Positions 54,786 to 63,575 of a stretch of DNA of 64,000 bases are shown here, piece after piece. The stretch is from contig JAFGOY010000009.1 in the NCBI GenBank assembly GCA_016926255.1, forward strand, positions 28,414-92,413. Reading direction: 5' to 3'. The notes beneath the pieces were generated by a model that saw nothing but the letters and a program-made list of their open reading frames with translations, ran no database searches and had not been told where the DNA came from. The position numbers were made by a program, and so were the translations under genes. Position 1 is the stretch's first letter. Every line of letters starts with the position of its first letter. The stretch comes from Anaerolineae bacterium. GTDB taxonomy: Bacteria > Chloroflexota > Anaerolineae > Aggregatilineales > UBA3940.

Positions 54786-56045
54786 CTACTCTAACTTATC
54801 TGTATTATTCTGGTGGGCCTTGATTTCTTCCCAGAGGGCATCCATCTCTTCGAGTGAGAGTTCCTGGATGGCGCGGCCCTGTTCGCGGGCTTTACGCTCG
54901 ATATAGGTGAACCGGTCATAGAAACGGCGATTGGCCGCACGGAGGGCATCTTCCGGGTGGACACCGAGCCAGCGTGCCCAGACGACAATCGCCAGCAGCA
55001 CATCGCCGATCTCGTGGAACCGCTCATCGGGGGTTTCTGCCGCCAATACTTCTTCGATCTCTTCGTTGATTTTGTCGAGCACGCCCGCCGCATCCGGCCA
55101 ATCAAAGCCGACGCGGATAGCCCGAACATCGTATTCGTGGCCCTGTGAGAGCGCCGGGAGCGCCTTCGAGACGCCATCGAGCAGGCTGCTCTCCCTTTCA
55201 CCTTTGTCGGCGCGCTCCTGGGCTTTGATCTCCTCCCAGTTGGCAAGCACCTGCTCGGTATCGCCGTTGACATCCACGCTGCCCCAGACATGCGGGTGGC
55301 GGCGCTTCAACTTAGTATCAATCGCCCGGATGATGTCGGCCATTCTGAATTCGCCCTCATCGGTGGCGATCTGGGCGTGGATGACAACCTGCATGAGAAG
55401 ATCGCCTAGTTCCTCGCGGATGTGATCGATACTGCCCGAATCAATGGCATCGACGACTTCGTAGGCTTCTTCGATGAGGTTCTGGCGCAGAGATTGGTGG
55501 GTTTGCTTGCGATCCCAGGGGCAGCCATCAGGAGCGCGGAGGTGGGCGACCGTCGCCTGAAAGCCTTCGAACCCGGTGACCACCCCGCCAGGGAGGACTA
55601 TTTCACCGGTAAGAGAGGCCAGAAGAGGCGGAATGAACAGCGCCGAGGGGAATATCAGCCCAGGCTGTATCAGACCGCTCAGTGACATTTCAGACACGTT
55701 GAGGGTTGGCGTCACCAGTTTGACAGCGTGATGATCGGGATACTGGTTTAAAAGCACCTGCTGAACAGAGGTCAACACTTCGGCTGACGACATATTCAAC
55801 ACCAGCGCAGGGATGTCTGGGTTGATCGGTGGATGGTAAGCGCCAGCAACCGAATCGCTGTCGACAATCTGGAGGCCATCATTGATATCAACATCCAGGG
55901 CTGCGAGGACAGAATCGACATGACCGACCCTGCTGACTATCTCGACTTGAATCCCCCGTTCGGCGCAGGCATTGAGAAAACGTGATACAGCTTCGTCCCC
56001 CAGCATCGGATCGCCAGGGCCTAAACCTACTATCGTAATACCCAT
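54786..56045 (-). CDS. MazG nucleoside-triphosphate pyrophosphohydrolase fused to a shortened tetrapyrrole-methylase-like domain (YabN-like)
   Basis: N-terminal ITIVGLGPGDP. C-terminal tandem MazG repeats (EEAYEVVDAI...ELGDLL, and EEIEEVL...EIGDVLL). Confidence 0.82.
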   Translation of the reverse strand: MGITIVGLGPGDPMLGDEAVSRFLNACAERGIQVEIVSRVGHVDSVLAALDVDINDGLQIVDSDSVAGAYHPPINPDIPALVLNMSSAEVLTSVQQVLLNQYPDHHAVKLVTPTLNVSEMSLSGLIQPGLIFPSALFIPPLLASLTGEIVLPGGVVTGFEGFQATVAHLRAPDGCPWDRKQTHQSLRQNLIEEAYEVVDAIDSGSIDHIREELGDLLMQVVIHAQIATDEGEFRMADIIRAIDTKLKRRHPHVWGSVDVNGDTEQVLANWEEIKAQERADKGERESSLLDGVSKALPALSQGHEYDVRAIRVGFDWPDAAGVLDKINEEIEEVLAAETPDERFHEIGDVLLAIVVWARWLGVHPEDALRAANRRFYDRFTYIERKAREQGRAIQELSLEEMDALWEEIKAHQNNTDKLE

Positions 56046-56062
56046 ATCATCCCTTTGGCACG

Positions 56063-56908
56063 CTACTTATAGGCGACCACACCAAACGCGTGAGGCTTAC
56101 GCACCACACGACCGAATCCGGCCTCCTGCAGACGCTTCATCACGCCGCGCTGAACGCGCTGAACGGTCTTGCTCTCAGGGTCGCCGATATAGTGAAAGAG
56201 CCGCCCCTTGCGGCGCAAGACGCGATACAACTCCTGGTAAAATTCGCCCGAATAGAGTTCGCCCGCAAACTTGAAAGTCGGCGGGTCATGGATCACCAGG
56301 CTGAACGTATCGGCGTCCATCTCCTCGACCACATCCCAGACGTGATCGATATGCTGAGTGATCTTCGGATTGTCGAACAGATCTTGCGACCAGGGGTTAT
56401 TGCGGGCGATTTCGAGGCTGGCGGGGTCGATCTCGACCGTATCAACGTGTTCCGCCGTCTTTGCCGCCTCGATAGCGGTGTAACCCAACCCGGTAGCGGT
56501 GTCGAGAACCCTGCCGACGACCGGAGAAGCGGCCTTGATCTTGTTCAACGTATCTTGGTGGGGGTCGATGCCCTCGATACGATGCATCACCATGCCCGAT
56601 ACAAGCATCGAGGGGGCTTTTTCGGTGGGATAGAGGCTGCGCACCCAGTTGGTCACCTCGGAAAAGGTGCGAATCTCAACAATCCCGGATTCAATGACTT
56701 CAAAACAGGCGTTTTCCGCCCTGGCGATCTCGCGGACTTCGATCCAATCGAGAAGGCGACCGGCGGGCAGCCGGACACCGGCAGAGTCGAGGGTGACCGT
56801 TTCGCGGGTCAGATTCAGATCGAACGAAACAGCGATCTCCGACTCGCCCTTTTCAAGCGCGTCAAGCAGGGATTGGGCCTGATAGTGAGAAAGAATGATC
56901 ACGGACAA
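56063..56908 (-). CDS. SAM-dependent N-methyltransferase with a DPPT motif
   Basis: VLDTATGLGYTAIEAA (motif I) and VIHDPPTF (motif IV). TTG start. Confidence 0.7.
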   Translation of the reverse strand: MSVIILSHYQAQSLLDALEKGESEIAVSFDLNLTRETVTLDSAGVRLPAGRLLDWIEVREIARAENACFEVIESGIVEIRTFSEVTNWVRSLYPTEKAPSMLVSGMVMHRIEGIDPHQDTLNKIKAASPVVGRVLDTATGLGYTAIEAAKTAEHVDTVEIDPASLEIARNNPWSQDLFDNPKITQHIDHVWDVVEEMDADTFSLVIHDPPTFKFAGELYSGEFYQELYRVLRRKGRLFHYIGDPESKTVQRVQRGVMKRLQEAGFGRVVRKPHAFGVVAYK

Positions 56909-56924
56909 GAATCCTTCTCGGCCT

Positions 56925-56957
56925 GATAAGAATATAAGCCCACAAAAGTGGGCTTAT
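56925..56957 (-). terminator. terminator hairpin after rpsI
   Basis: ATAAGCCCAC-N4-GTGGGCTTAT perfect 10-bp stem, followed on the minus strand by ATTCTTAT. Confidence 0.55.
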
Positions 56958-57035
56958 GAGATCACACCTGACCTCCGACCGATGCCAGGATATCCAGCAC
57001 AGACGGAGTTAGACAAAGGCCGTACTCAGGACGGA

Positions 57036-57434
57036 TTAACGCTTTGTATAGGTCGGCGCTTTACGGGCACGCTTGAGACCGGGCTTTTTACGCTCTTTCT
57101 CACGCGCATCACGAGTCAGCAGCCCGGCTTTACGCATCGCCGGTCGGAGTTCCTCGTCGTATTTCAGCAGCGCACGTGCCATCCCCATCCGGACGGCATC
57201 AGTCTGACCGGTCACACCGCCACCTTTTACATGGACGGTAACGTCCATCTTGCCGGTAAAGCCAGCCAGATCGAGAGGCTCACGCAGCTGATCGATATCA
57301 CCATAACGCGGGAAGTATTCTTCAACCGGACGGTCGTTGACGGTAATGCTGCCCGATCCACCCGGATAGATTCTTACCCGCGCACTTGCGGTCTTCCGTC
57401 GGCCAACACCTTCGTAATACTGCATTTCTGACAT
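57036..57434 (-). CDS. rpsI: 30S ribosomal protein S9
   Basis: C-terminal GLKRARKAPTYTKR and GGGVTGQ block. Confidence 0.96.
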   Translation of the reverse strand: MSEMQYYEGVGRRKTASARVRIYPGGSGSITVNDRPVEEYFPRYGDIDQLREPLDLAGFTGKMDVTVHVKGGGVTGQTDAVRMGMARALLKYDEELRPAMRKAGLLTRDAREKERKKPGLKRARKAPTYTKR

Positions 57435-57449
57435 GCTTATAACCCTCTT

Positions 57450-57890
57450 CTATCTGTCCCACTCAAGCATCTCAGGGTTTTGAGCCTGATGAGGATGCTC
57501 TGGACCGGCATAGATTTTCAACTTCTTCAGCATATGACGCCCCAGGCTGCTCTTGGGGAGCATACGCCGAACCGCCTCGCTGATAACTTCTTCAGGCTTG
57601 GTTGCCAGCATCTCGCGGAGAGATCGCGCCTTCAACCCACCCGGATACCCTGAGTAGTTGTAGTACATTTTGTCGTCCAGCCGGTTGCCGGTGACATGGA
57701 TCTTTTCCGCATTGATGACAACCACGTAATCACCACAATCAACATGGGGGGTAAAAATGGGTTTGTGCTTGCCACGCAGGACGGTGGCGATGCGAGTCGC
57801 CATACGCCCCAACGTTTTACCGTTGGCATCGACAACAAACCACTTACGCTCAATATCTTCTGCTTTCGCCGAATAGGTCTTCACGCGCAA
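57450..57890 (-). CDS. rplM: 50S ribosomal protein L13
   Basis: [27 protein letters not shown]. Confidence 0.96.
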   Translation of the reverse strand: MRVKTYSAKAEDIERKWFVVDANGKTLGRMATRIATVLRGKHKPIFTPHVDCGDYVVVINAEKIHVTGNRLDDKMYYNYSGYPGGLKARSLREMLATKPEEVISEAVRRMLPKSSLGRHMLKKLKIYAGPEHPHQAQNPEMLEWDR

Positions 57891-57923
57891 AACTCCTCAT
57901 TAATCCCGCCCTACAGCGGGATT

Positions 57924-58676
57924 TTATTCTGCATACTCTACCGATGTCAATGTCAGGCCGAGCGCTGGCGCAGCCGGACCAGACTTTGACCGGTCACAAG
58001 AAACCAGAATCTCTCGAAACTCGCGGGCAGTCACACGCCCCTGACCGACCTGTACCAGCGTTCCCACAATCGACCGGACCATCCGGTAGAGAAACGCATT
58101 GGCTGTTATTGTAAAAGTGTGCTGGTCGTCATGCCCGGCGATCCAGCTTGCCGTATAGACTGTCCGCACCGGGTTGTCACCCTGGGGCGGCACGCCAAAC
58201 GTGCTGAAGTCGTGCTCACCCATTAACTCGTCTGCTGCCTGCCGGATTGCGATCGCATCCAGCGCCCCGATCCGGTGCCAGGCGTAACAGCGGCGCATCG
58301 GGTCACGAACCGGTGAGACATAAAGCTGATACTCATAGCTGCGCCTGAGAGCATCGAAGCGTGGGTGGAAATCCGGGGCCGCTTCAGATAATGCCCGTAT
58401 GGCTATATCATCCGGAAGCGCAGCATTCAGCGCATTCTGTAAATCGACTGGCGTATGTCGCCACACGATGTCGAAGGCGATAACCTGCCCGGTCGCATGT
58501 ACGCCAGCATCGGTGCGCCCTGCGCCGGTAATGGTTATCGCATACCGGGCGATTTCCGCCAGAGCATCCTCGACAGCGGACTGGATGGTCGGTTCAGCAT
58601 TAGCCTGCCGCTGAAAGCCATAATAGGCCCCACCATCGTAAGCCAGGACAGCCCGGTAGCGCCTGCGCGACGTCAG
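57924..58676 (-). CDS. truA: tRNA pseudouridine(38-40) synthase TruA (start extended beyond the ORF track)
   Basis: The same frame stays open upstream of the track start (58466) and encodes RYRAVLAYDGGAYYGFQRQ...GAGRTDAGVHA, which contains the catalytic Asp. The only plausible initiator there is CTG at 58676. Confidence 0.8.
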   Translation of the reverse strand: MTSRRRYRAVLAYDGGAYYGFQRQANAEPTIQSAVEDALAEIARYAITITGAGRTDAGVHATGQVIAFDIVWRHTPVDLQNALNAALPDDIAIRALSEAAPDFHPRFDALRRSYEYQLYVSPVRDPMRRCYAWHRIGALDAIAIRQAADELMGEHDFSTFGVPPQGDNPVRTVYTASWIAGHDDQHTFTITANAFLYRMVRSIVGTLVQVGQGRVTAREFREILVSCDRSKSGPAAPALGLTLTSVEYAE

Positions 58677-59179
58677 TCTTCCTCTACCAGCATGATATAG
58701 GCCATCTCAGCCGAATCACCTTTGCGATAGCCCGCGCGAACGATCCGGGTGTATCCACCGGGACGGTCGACGTAACGCGGAGCGATATCGTGAAACAGCT
58801 TGTAGAGTACAGCCTTATCAGTGACTTCCCTGGCAACCAACCGCTGGGCATGAACTGCAATGGCATGCGCCTCACGGGACAGACCATCGTCATCGCCATC
58901 TTCCGCCATTTGCAGAAGTCTTGCTGCCTGATTAGCGGTGAGGATGCGCAGAAGCGTCTCCTCGTCGCGGTCTTCAGCCAGTTCGATCAGCCGCTCGGCG
59001 TCACCGCGATTGCGGGCAATCGTGATCAGCTTTTCCATCGGCGAACGGAGGCTCTTGGCCTTTGCGACGGTGGTTTTGATCTTCTCATGCTCGATCAACT
59101 GCCGGATCTGTGCCCGACGCAGTGCTTTGCGTTGTTTAGTGTCGCGCCCAAGGCGGCGACCAGCTACTCTATGCCGCAT
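58673..59179 (-). CDS. rplQ: 50S ribosomal protein L17 with an internal insertion
   Basis: MRHRVAGRRLGR...KTTVAKAK...GGYTRIVRAGYRKGD. Confidence 0.93.
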   Translation of the reverse strand: MRHRVAGRRLGRDTKQRKALRRAQIRQLIEHEKIKTTVAKAKSLRSPMEKLITIARNRGDAERLIELAEDRDEETLLRILTANQAARLLQMAEDGDDDGLSREAHAIAVHAQRLVAREVTDKAVLYKLFHDIAPRYVDRPGGYTRIVRAGYRKGDSAEMAYIMLVEED

Positions 59180-59232
59180 AGTATTTTAAGTTCCCTTTAA
59201 TCGAATGTTTCCAGGATCGCCAGACCTGTGAT

Positions 59233-60204
59233 CTATTCCACAGATTCAACGACCGGCAAATCATCAGTCAGATACCCTTTTTCCCTCAGGCGCTCGACCA
59301 ACTCGTCGAGTGATTTGTCGCCAAAGTTGCGGATAGCGAGCATGGCATCCTCGCCTTTTTCGAGTATCTCCAGCACCTCGCCAATTGTGGTGATCCCGGT
59401 GCGCTTCAACGAGTTGAAGACACGCACACTGAGATCGAGACTTTCAATTGGCAGGTCATAGAATTCAGGACGAGCCGGTTCTTCCGGTTCTTCCGGTTCG
59501 GTTCCAACGGCGAACATCGCCGGGTCAACATTAGCGATGATCCCGAGGTGCCGCATGAGGATCGCTGCCGAATCGCTCATCGCCACTTCTGGTTGGACGG
59601 TGCCATCCGTCCACACTTCCAGGATCAACCGGTCGTAGTTTGTCTTTTGCCCAACACGCGCCCGCTCGACATCAAACGAGATACGGCGGATCGGGCTGTA
59701 GATCGCATCGACAGGAACCTCGCCGATAGGCAGACGCCCCCGCTCTTCAGCTGGTGAGTAACCACGTCCACCTGCCACGGTCAACTCGATCTCGATCCGC
59801 GCCTGGTCATCGTCCACCGAGAACAGGTAAAGATCGGGATTCTTGATCTCGACCTCAGGCGGGCAGATCAGGTCAGCGCCGGTTACCACACCGCTCCCCA
59901 TAACATCCAGCCGCAGCCGGGCCGATTCGACCTCATGGAGGATCATGCGCAGCCGCTTGACGTTGAGAATAAGCTGTGTCATATCTTCGCGGACGTTGGG
60001 AATCGCTGAGAATTCATGATGAACATCGGCGACCCGCATTGATGTCACGGCTGCTCCCGGTAAAGAAGACAGCATCACGCGGCGAAGCGCATTACCAATC
60101 GTCGTGCCGAACCCCTGCTCCAACGGACTGATAATAAAGCGACCGTAGTTACGTGACATCGCATCGCGTTCAATCTTGGGCAATACCATATTGTTTGCAG
60201 TCAA
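59233..60204 (-). CDS. rpoA: DNA-directed RNA polymerase alpha subunit
   Basis: GFGTTIGNALRRVMLSS, and C-terminal domain LDLSVRVFNSLKRTGITTIGEV. Confidence 0.96.
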   Translation of the reverse strand: MTANNMVLPKIERDAMSRNYGRFIISPLEQGFGTTIGNALRRVMLSSLPGAAVTSMRVADVHHEFSAIPNVREDMTQLILNVKRLRMILHEVESARLRLDVMGSGVVTGADLICPPEVEIKNPDLYLFSVDDDQARIEIELTVAGGRGYSPAEERGRLPIGEVPVDAIYSPIRRISFDVERARVGQKTNYDRLILEVWTDGTVQPEVAMSDSAAILMRHLGIIANVDPAMFAVGTEPEEPEEPARPEFYDLPIESLDLSVRVFNSLKRTGITTIGEVLEILEKGEDAMLAIRNFGDKSLDELVERLREKGYLTDDLPVVESVE

Positions 60205-60339
60205 CGAGCTTGCCTCCTGGTTTTGCCTTTGGTTACAACCATATCCACGCTATCCATACTCACAATATGGCGTCGAGTATATGCTGGTAAGAATGCCAAC
60301 AATACTCGAACGCCACGAACGATTTCTGATGATTCTAAG

Positions 60340-60978
60340 CTAACGACTGTAGTACTCAACAATCAACTGTTCGTTGATAGCCAGATCGATATCGGTACGT
60401 TCCGGGAGGCGTGTCATTTCACCGGTTAGTTTATTGGTGTCACGCTTGACCCATTCAGGAACCGACAGCTCCTGGGCCAGTTCATGCAGCTGTTTAAAAT
60501 AGGTGCGCTGGCGACTGCCATCACGCACTGCGATCTGATCGCCTGGGCGGATGTGATGGGACGGGACGTTGGTTCGACGGCCATTGACTGTGAAGTGCCC
60601 ATGCTGCACTAGCTGACGCGCCTGCGCACGCGATGAAGCAAAGCCCATCCGATAGATCACATTGTCAAGGCGGCTTTCCAGCAGCGCCAGCAGGTTCGAA
60701 CCGGTCAGACCGGATTTCTGCTGCGCAACCCGAAAGTAGCGCCGGAACTGCCGCTCCAGAACGCCGTAAATACGGCGAACCTTCTGCTTTTCGCGAAGCT
60801 GACGGGAATAGTCAGAAGCGCGACTTCGCCGGAACTGGGTTTCACGACCATGCTGGCCGGGCGGATAATTGCGTTTTTCGAGGGCGCATTTGGGTGACAT
60901 ACACCGCGAACCTTTCAGGTACAGCTTGTCACCTTCGCGCCGACAAAGTTTACACACAGGACCTGTATATCTTGCCAT
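60340..60978 (-). CDS. rpsD: 30S ribosomal protein S4
   Basis: [17 protein letters not shown]4 domain. Confidence 0.96.
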   Translation of the reverse strand: MARYTGPVCKLCRREGDKLYLKGSRCMSPKCALEKRNYPPGQHGRETQFRRSRASDYSRQLREKQKVRRIYGVLERQFRRYFRVAQQKSGLTGSNLLALLESRLDNVIYRMGFASSRAQARQLVQHGHFTVNGRRTNVPSHHIRPGDQIAVRDGSRQRTYFKQLHELAQELSVPEWVKRDTNKLTGEMTRLPERTDIDLAINEQLIVEYYSR

Positions 60979-61038
60979 AATGTTTTGTGCGTCTTCCTTC
61001 GTTCGGATTTAGATAGTATTCGTTAAACGAAAATTCTA

Positions 61039-61065
61039 CCGGTTGAGCGTTAAAGGCTCAACCGG
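61039..61065 (-). other. perfect 10-bp stem-loop between rpsK and rpsD
   Basis: CCGGTTGAGC-N7-GCTCAACCGG. On the mRNA strand it is followed by UAGAAUUUUCGUUU. Confidence 0.5.
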
Positions 61066-61073
61066 TGAGCTAA

Positions 61074-61466
61074 CTACACACGCCGCTTCTTGCGCGGACG
61101 ACAGCCATTGTGCGGCACAGGGGTCACATCAGTGATCGAGCGAATCTTCAACCCGGCACCCATGATCGAACGAAGCGCGGCCTCGCGGCCTGGCCCTGGA
61201 CCTTTCACAAAAGCATCGACTTCTCGCATACCATGTTCCATCGCCTGCTGCGCGGCCTTCTGACCGGCTAACTGGGCAGCAAAGGGCGTACTCTTCCGCG
61301 AGCCTTTGAAACCGGCGATACCGGCGCTGGCCCAGGTCACTGTATTGCCCTGCTGATCGGTCATGGTTACGATAGTGTTATTGAACGTCGCGTAGATATG
61401 GGCCTGCCCATACGGCACGTTCCGCCGCACACGGCGTCCACTACGTTGTGATCTTCCTCGTCCCAT
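61074..61466 (-). CDS. rpsK: 30S ribosomal protein S11
   Basis: [16 protein letters not shown]-terminal [13 protein letters not shown]. Confidence 0.96.
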   Translation of the reverse strand: MGRGRSQRSGRRVRRNVPYGQAHIYATFNNTIVTMTDQQGNTVTWASAGIAGFKGSRKSTPFAAQLAGQKAAQQAMEHGMREVDAFVKGPGPGREAALRSIMGAGLKIRSITDVTPVPHNGCRPRKKRRV

Positions 61467-61505
61467 TGGTCCTCCACTGTTACCCTGGAACCTGTACTGT
61501 CCAAG

Positions 61506-61895
61506 CTATTTCTTGACCGCACCCCGACGACGACCACGTCCGGCAACCGTCTTACGGGTGCCACGCCGCGTACGTGCGTTAGTTTTCGTTCGCTGACCTC
61601 GCACCGGCAAGCCACGGCGATGCCGCAGCCCGCGATAGCAACCAATCTCTTGCAGACGCTTGATATTGAGCTGCACCTCACGGCGCAAGTCACCTTCAAT
61701 ACGATAATTGCTGGTGATGTACTCACGCAGGCGTTGAATTTCCGCCTCGGTCAGGTCTTTAACCCTTGTATCGGGATTGACGCCGGTCGCCTCAATAGCC
61801 TGGAGACTGCGTGTATGCCCAATACCATAGAGATAAGTTAGAGCGATTTCTACTCGTTTGTCGCGTGGAAGGTCAACACCTTCAATACGTGCCAT
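61506..61895 (-). CDS. rpsM: 30S ribosomal protein S13
   Basis: [26 protein letters not shown]. Confidence 0.96.
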   Translation of the reverse strand: MARIEGVDLPRDKRVEIALTYLYGIGHTRSLQAIEATGVNPDTRVKDLTEAEIQRLREYITSNYRIEGDLRREVQLNIKRLQEIGCYRGLRHRRGLPVRGQRTKTNARTRRGTRKTVAGRGRRRGAVKK

Positions 61896-61931
61896 GCCAC
61901 TCTACTCCGCTCTGGCTGACGCCGGGGCCAA

Positions 61932-62045
61932 TTAGCCCTGACGCTGCTTATGCTTAGGATTGCTACAAATTACCATTACAACGCCCCTGCGCTTGATGAT
62001 CTTGCACTTCGGGCAGCGGCGCTTTACTGATGCACTTACTCTCAT
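61932..62045 (-). CDS. rpmJ: 50S ribosomal protein L36 (Zn form)
   Basis: Not in the ORF track (37 aa). The reverse strand reads [37 protein letters not shown], then a stop. Confidence 0.93.
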   Translation of the reverse strand: MRVSASVKRRCPKCKIIKRRGVVMVICSNPKHKQRQG

Positions 62046-62113
62046 GATGTTACGCCTTCTATGCTTAGTGTTCCTGTCGTCTGGTCACAAGAACGACTCA
62101 TTATTATAGCATG

Positions 62114-62881
62114 CTATTCCCATTTTGTCAGGATTTCGGGGCCATTTTCTGTTACGGCGATGGTATGTTCAAAATGGGCACACAACCCACCATCAGCCAT
62201 GACAACCGTCCAATGGTCATCGAGAACCTGCGTTTGAGGGCTGCCAGCCATGACCATCGGCTCAAGGGCAAAGGTCATCCCGGGGCGCATTCGATGCCCC
62301 TGACCTTTTCTGCCCCAGTTTGGAATATGCGGTTCCTCATGCATATTCCGCCCTACCCCATGACCACCATACTCTCGAACAACATTGTATCCACGACCTT
62401 CGACAAAAGTCTGGATCGCATTCGACACATCGCCGAAGCGCCTGTCGGGAAGACAGATTTCAATCCCCTTGTAGAGAGAAGATTCCGTAATCTCCAACAA
62501 ACGCAGGGCTTCGTCGCTCACACGACCAACCGGCGCAGTGAAGGCCGAGTCGGCAACCCAACCCTTGTAGGTCGTGCCACAATCGATACTGACGATATCG
62601 CCTTCCTGCAAGACACGATCCCCCGGTATACCATGAACCAGTTCCTCGTTGATCGAGGCGGTGATGGTCGCCGGATAGGGATACCGGCTGCCGGATGGGT
62701 ACCCATAAAAGGATGGGATTGCACCATGACCGACAATGATATCGTGGGCGATCTTATCAAGCTCACCGGTCGTTACACCGGGGCGAATCGCCTCATCAAC
62801 TGCTTGCAGTGCCTCGACGTTGATCTTCGCGGCATCCTGCATCGCACTGATGTTTCTGCGGCTTTTGACAATGATCGCCAT
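62114..62881 (-). CDS. map: type I methionine aminopeptidase
   Basis: True start is MAIIVKSRRNISAMQDA at 62881. The track start at 63100 overlaps adk. Metal ligands lie in VSIDCG, HGVG and LEPM blocks. Confidence 0.93.
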   Translation of the reverse strand: MAIIVKSRRNISAMQDAAKINVEALQAVDEAIRPGVTTGELDKIAHDIIVGHGAIPSFYGYPSGSRYPYPATITASINEELVHGIPGDRVLQEGDIVSIDCGTTYKGWVADSAFTAPVGRVSDEALRLLEITESSLYKGIEICLPDRRFGDVSNAIQTFVEGRGYNVVREYGGHGVGRNMHEEPHIPNWGRKGQGHRMRPGMTFALEPMVMAGSPQTQVLDDHWTVVMADGGLCAHFEHTIAVTENGPEILTKWE

Positions 62882-62903
62882 TTCCCGACTGTCCCCTGAC
62901 CTG

Positions 62904-63560
62904 CTAACCCTGGATCGCCGCGACCATTTCCGGCGTGATTTCGTCAACCGGGCGCATGGCGCTGATCTCAACCAGGATGCCACGCTCACGATAGAAATCG
63001 GCCAGCGGCGCGGTTTTCTCCAGATAGAGCTGGTATCGCTCACTAACGACATCGGGCTGGTCATCCGCACGCTGGGACAGGACCGCACCATCGTCGTCAC
63101 AACGCTCCGCCACTTTCGGCGGATCGAACGCTACGTGATAGATACGCCCACAGGTCGGGCAGCTGCGCCGCCCACTGACCCGGCGGACAGCCTCTTCTTC
63201 GGTGATATCAAGGTACAAAACTTTTGAGACACGCTGTCCCGATTCGGCCAGGAGATCATCGAGTGCTTCGGCCTGCGGGATCGTTCGCGGGAAACCATCC
63301 AACAATGCGCCGTTTTCCCGGCAATCAGATTCTTCCAGTCGGTCGGCAAGCATGCTCACCGTCGTCGCATCCGGGATCAATTCACCACGCGCCATCATTG
63401 CCTGTATTTCCCGGGCCAACGGTGTATCCATTGTTTTCATCGCCCGGAACAAGTCACCGGTCGAAACCTGTGGGATTCCGGTCAGGTCTACCAGGCGCTT
63501 CGCCTGGGTTCCTTTACCACATCCGGGAGGGCCGAGCAGAATGATGTAGGTTGGCATCAA
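62904..63560 (-). CDS. adk: adenylate kinase (Zn-lid type)
   Basis: ILLGPPGCGKGTQ, lid CPTCGRIYH...CDDDG. Confidence 0.96.
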   Translation of the reverse strand: MMPTYIILLGPPGCGKGTQAKRLVDLTGIPQVSTGDLFRAMKTMDTPLAREIQAMMARGELIPDATTVSMLADRLEESDCRENGALLDGFPRTIPQAEALDDLLAESGQRVSKVLYLDITEEEAVRRVSGRRSCPTCGRIYHVAFDPPKVAERCDDDGAVLSQRADDQPDVVSERYQLYLEKTAPLADFYRERGILVEISAMRPVDEITPEMVAAIQG

Positions 63561-63575
63561 ACAGATTCCTTTCGA

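Noticed and set aside
59476-59500. Tandem CCGGTTCTT repeats.
   Set aside because: They lie inside rpoA and encode the EPEEPEEP linker between the alpha N- and C-terminal domains. This is not a CRISPR or other repeat element.
62882-63100. N-terminal 73-aa extension of map that overlaps adk.
   Set aside because: It is R/S-rich antisense or out-of-frame sequence over adk. The conserved Map N-terminus starts at 62881, just after the adk stop.
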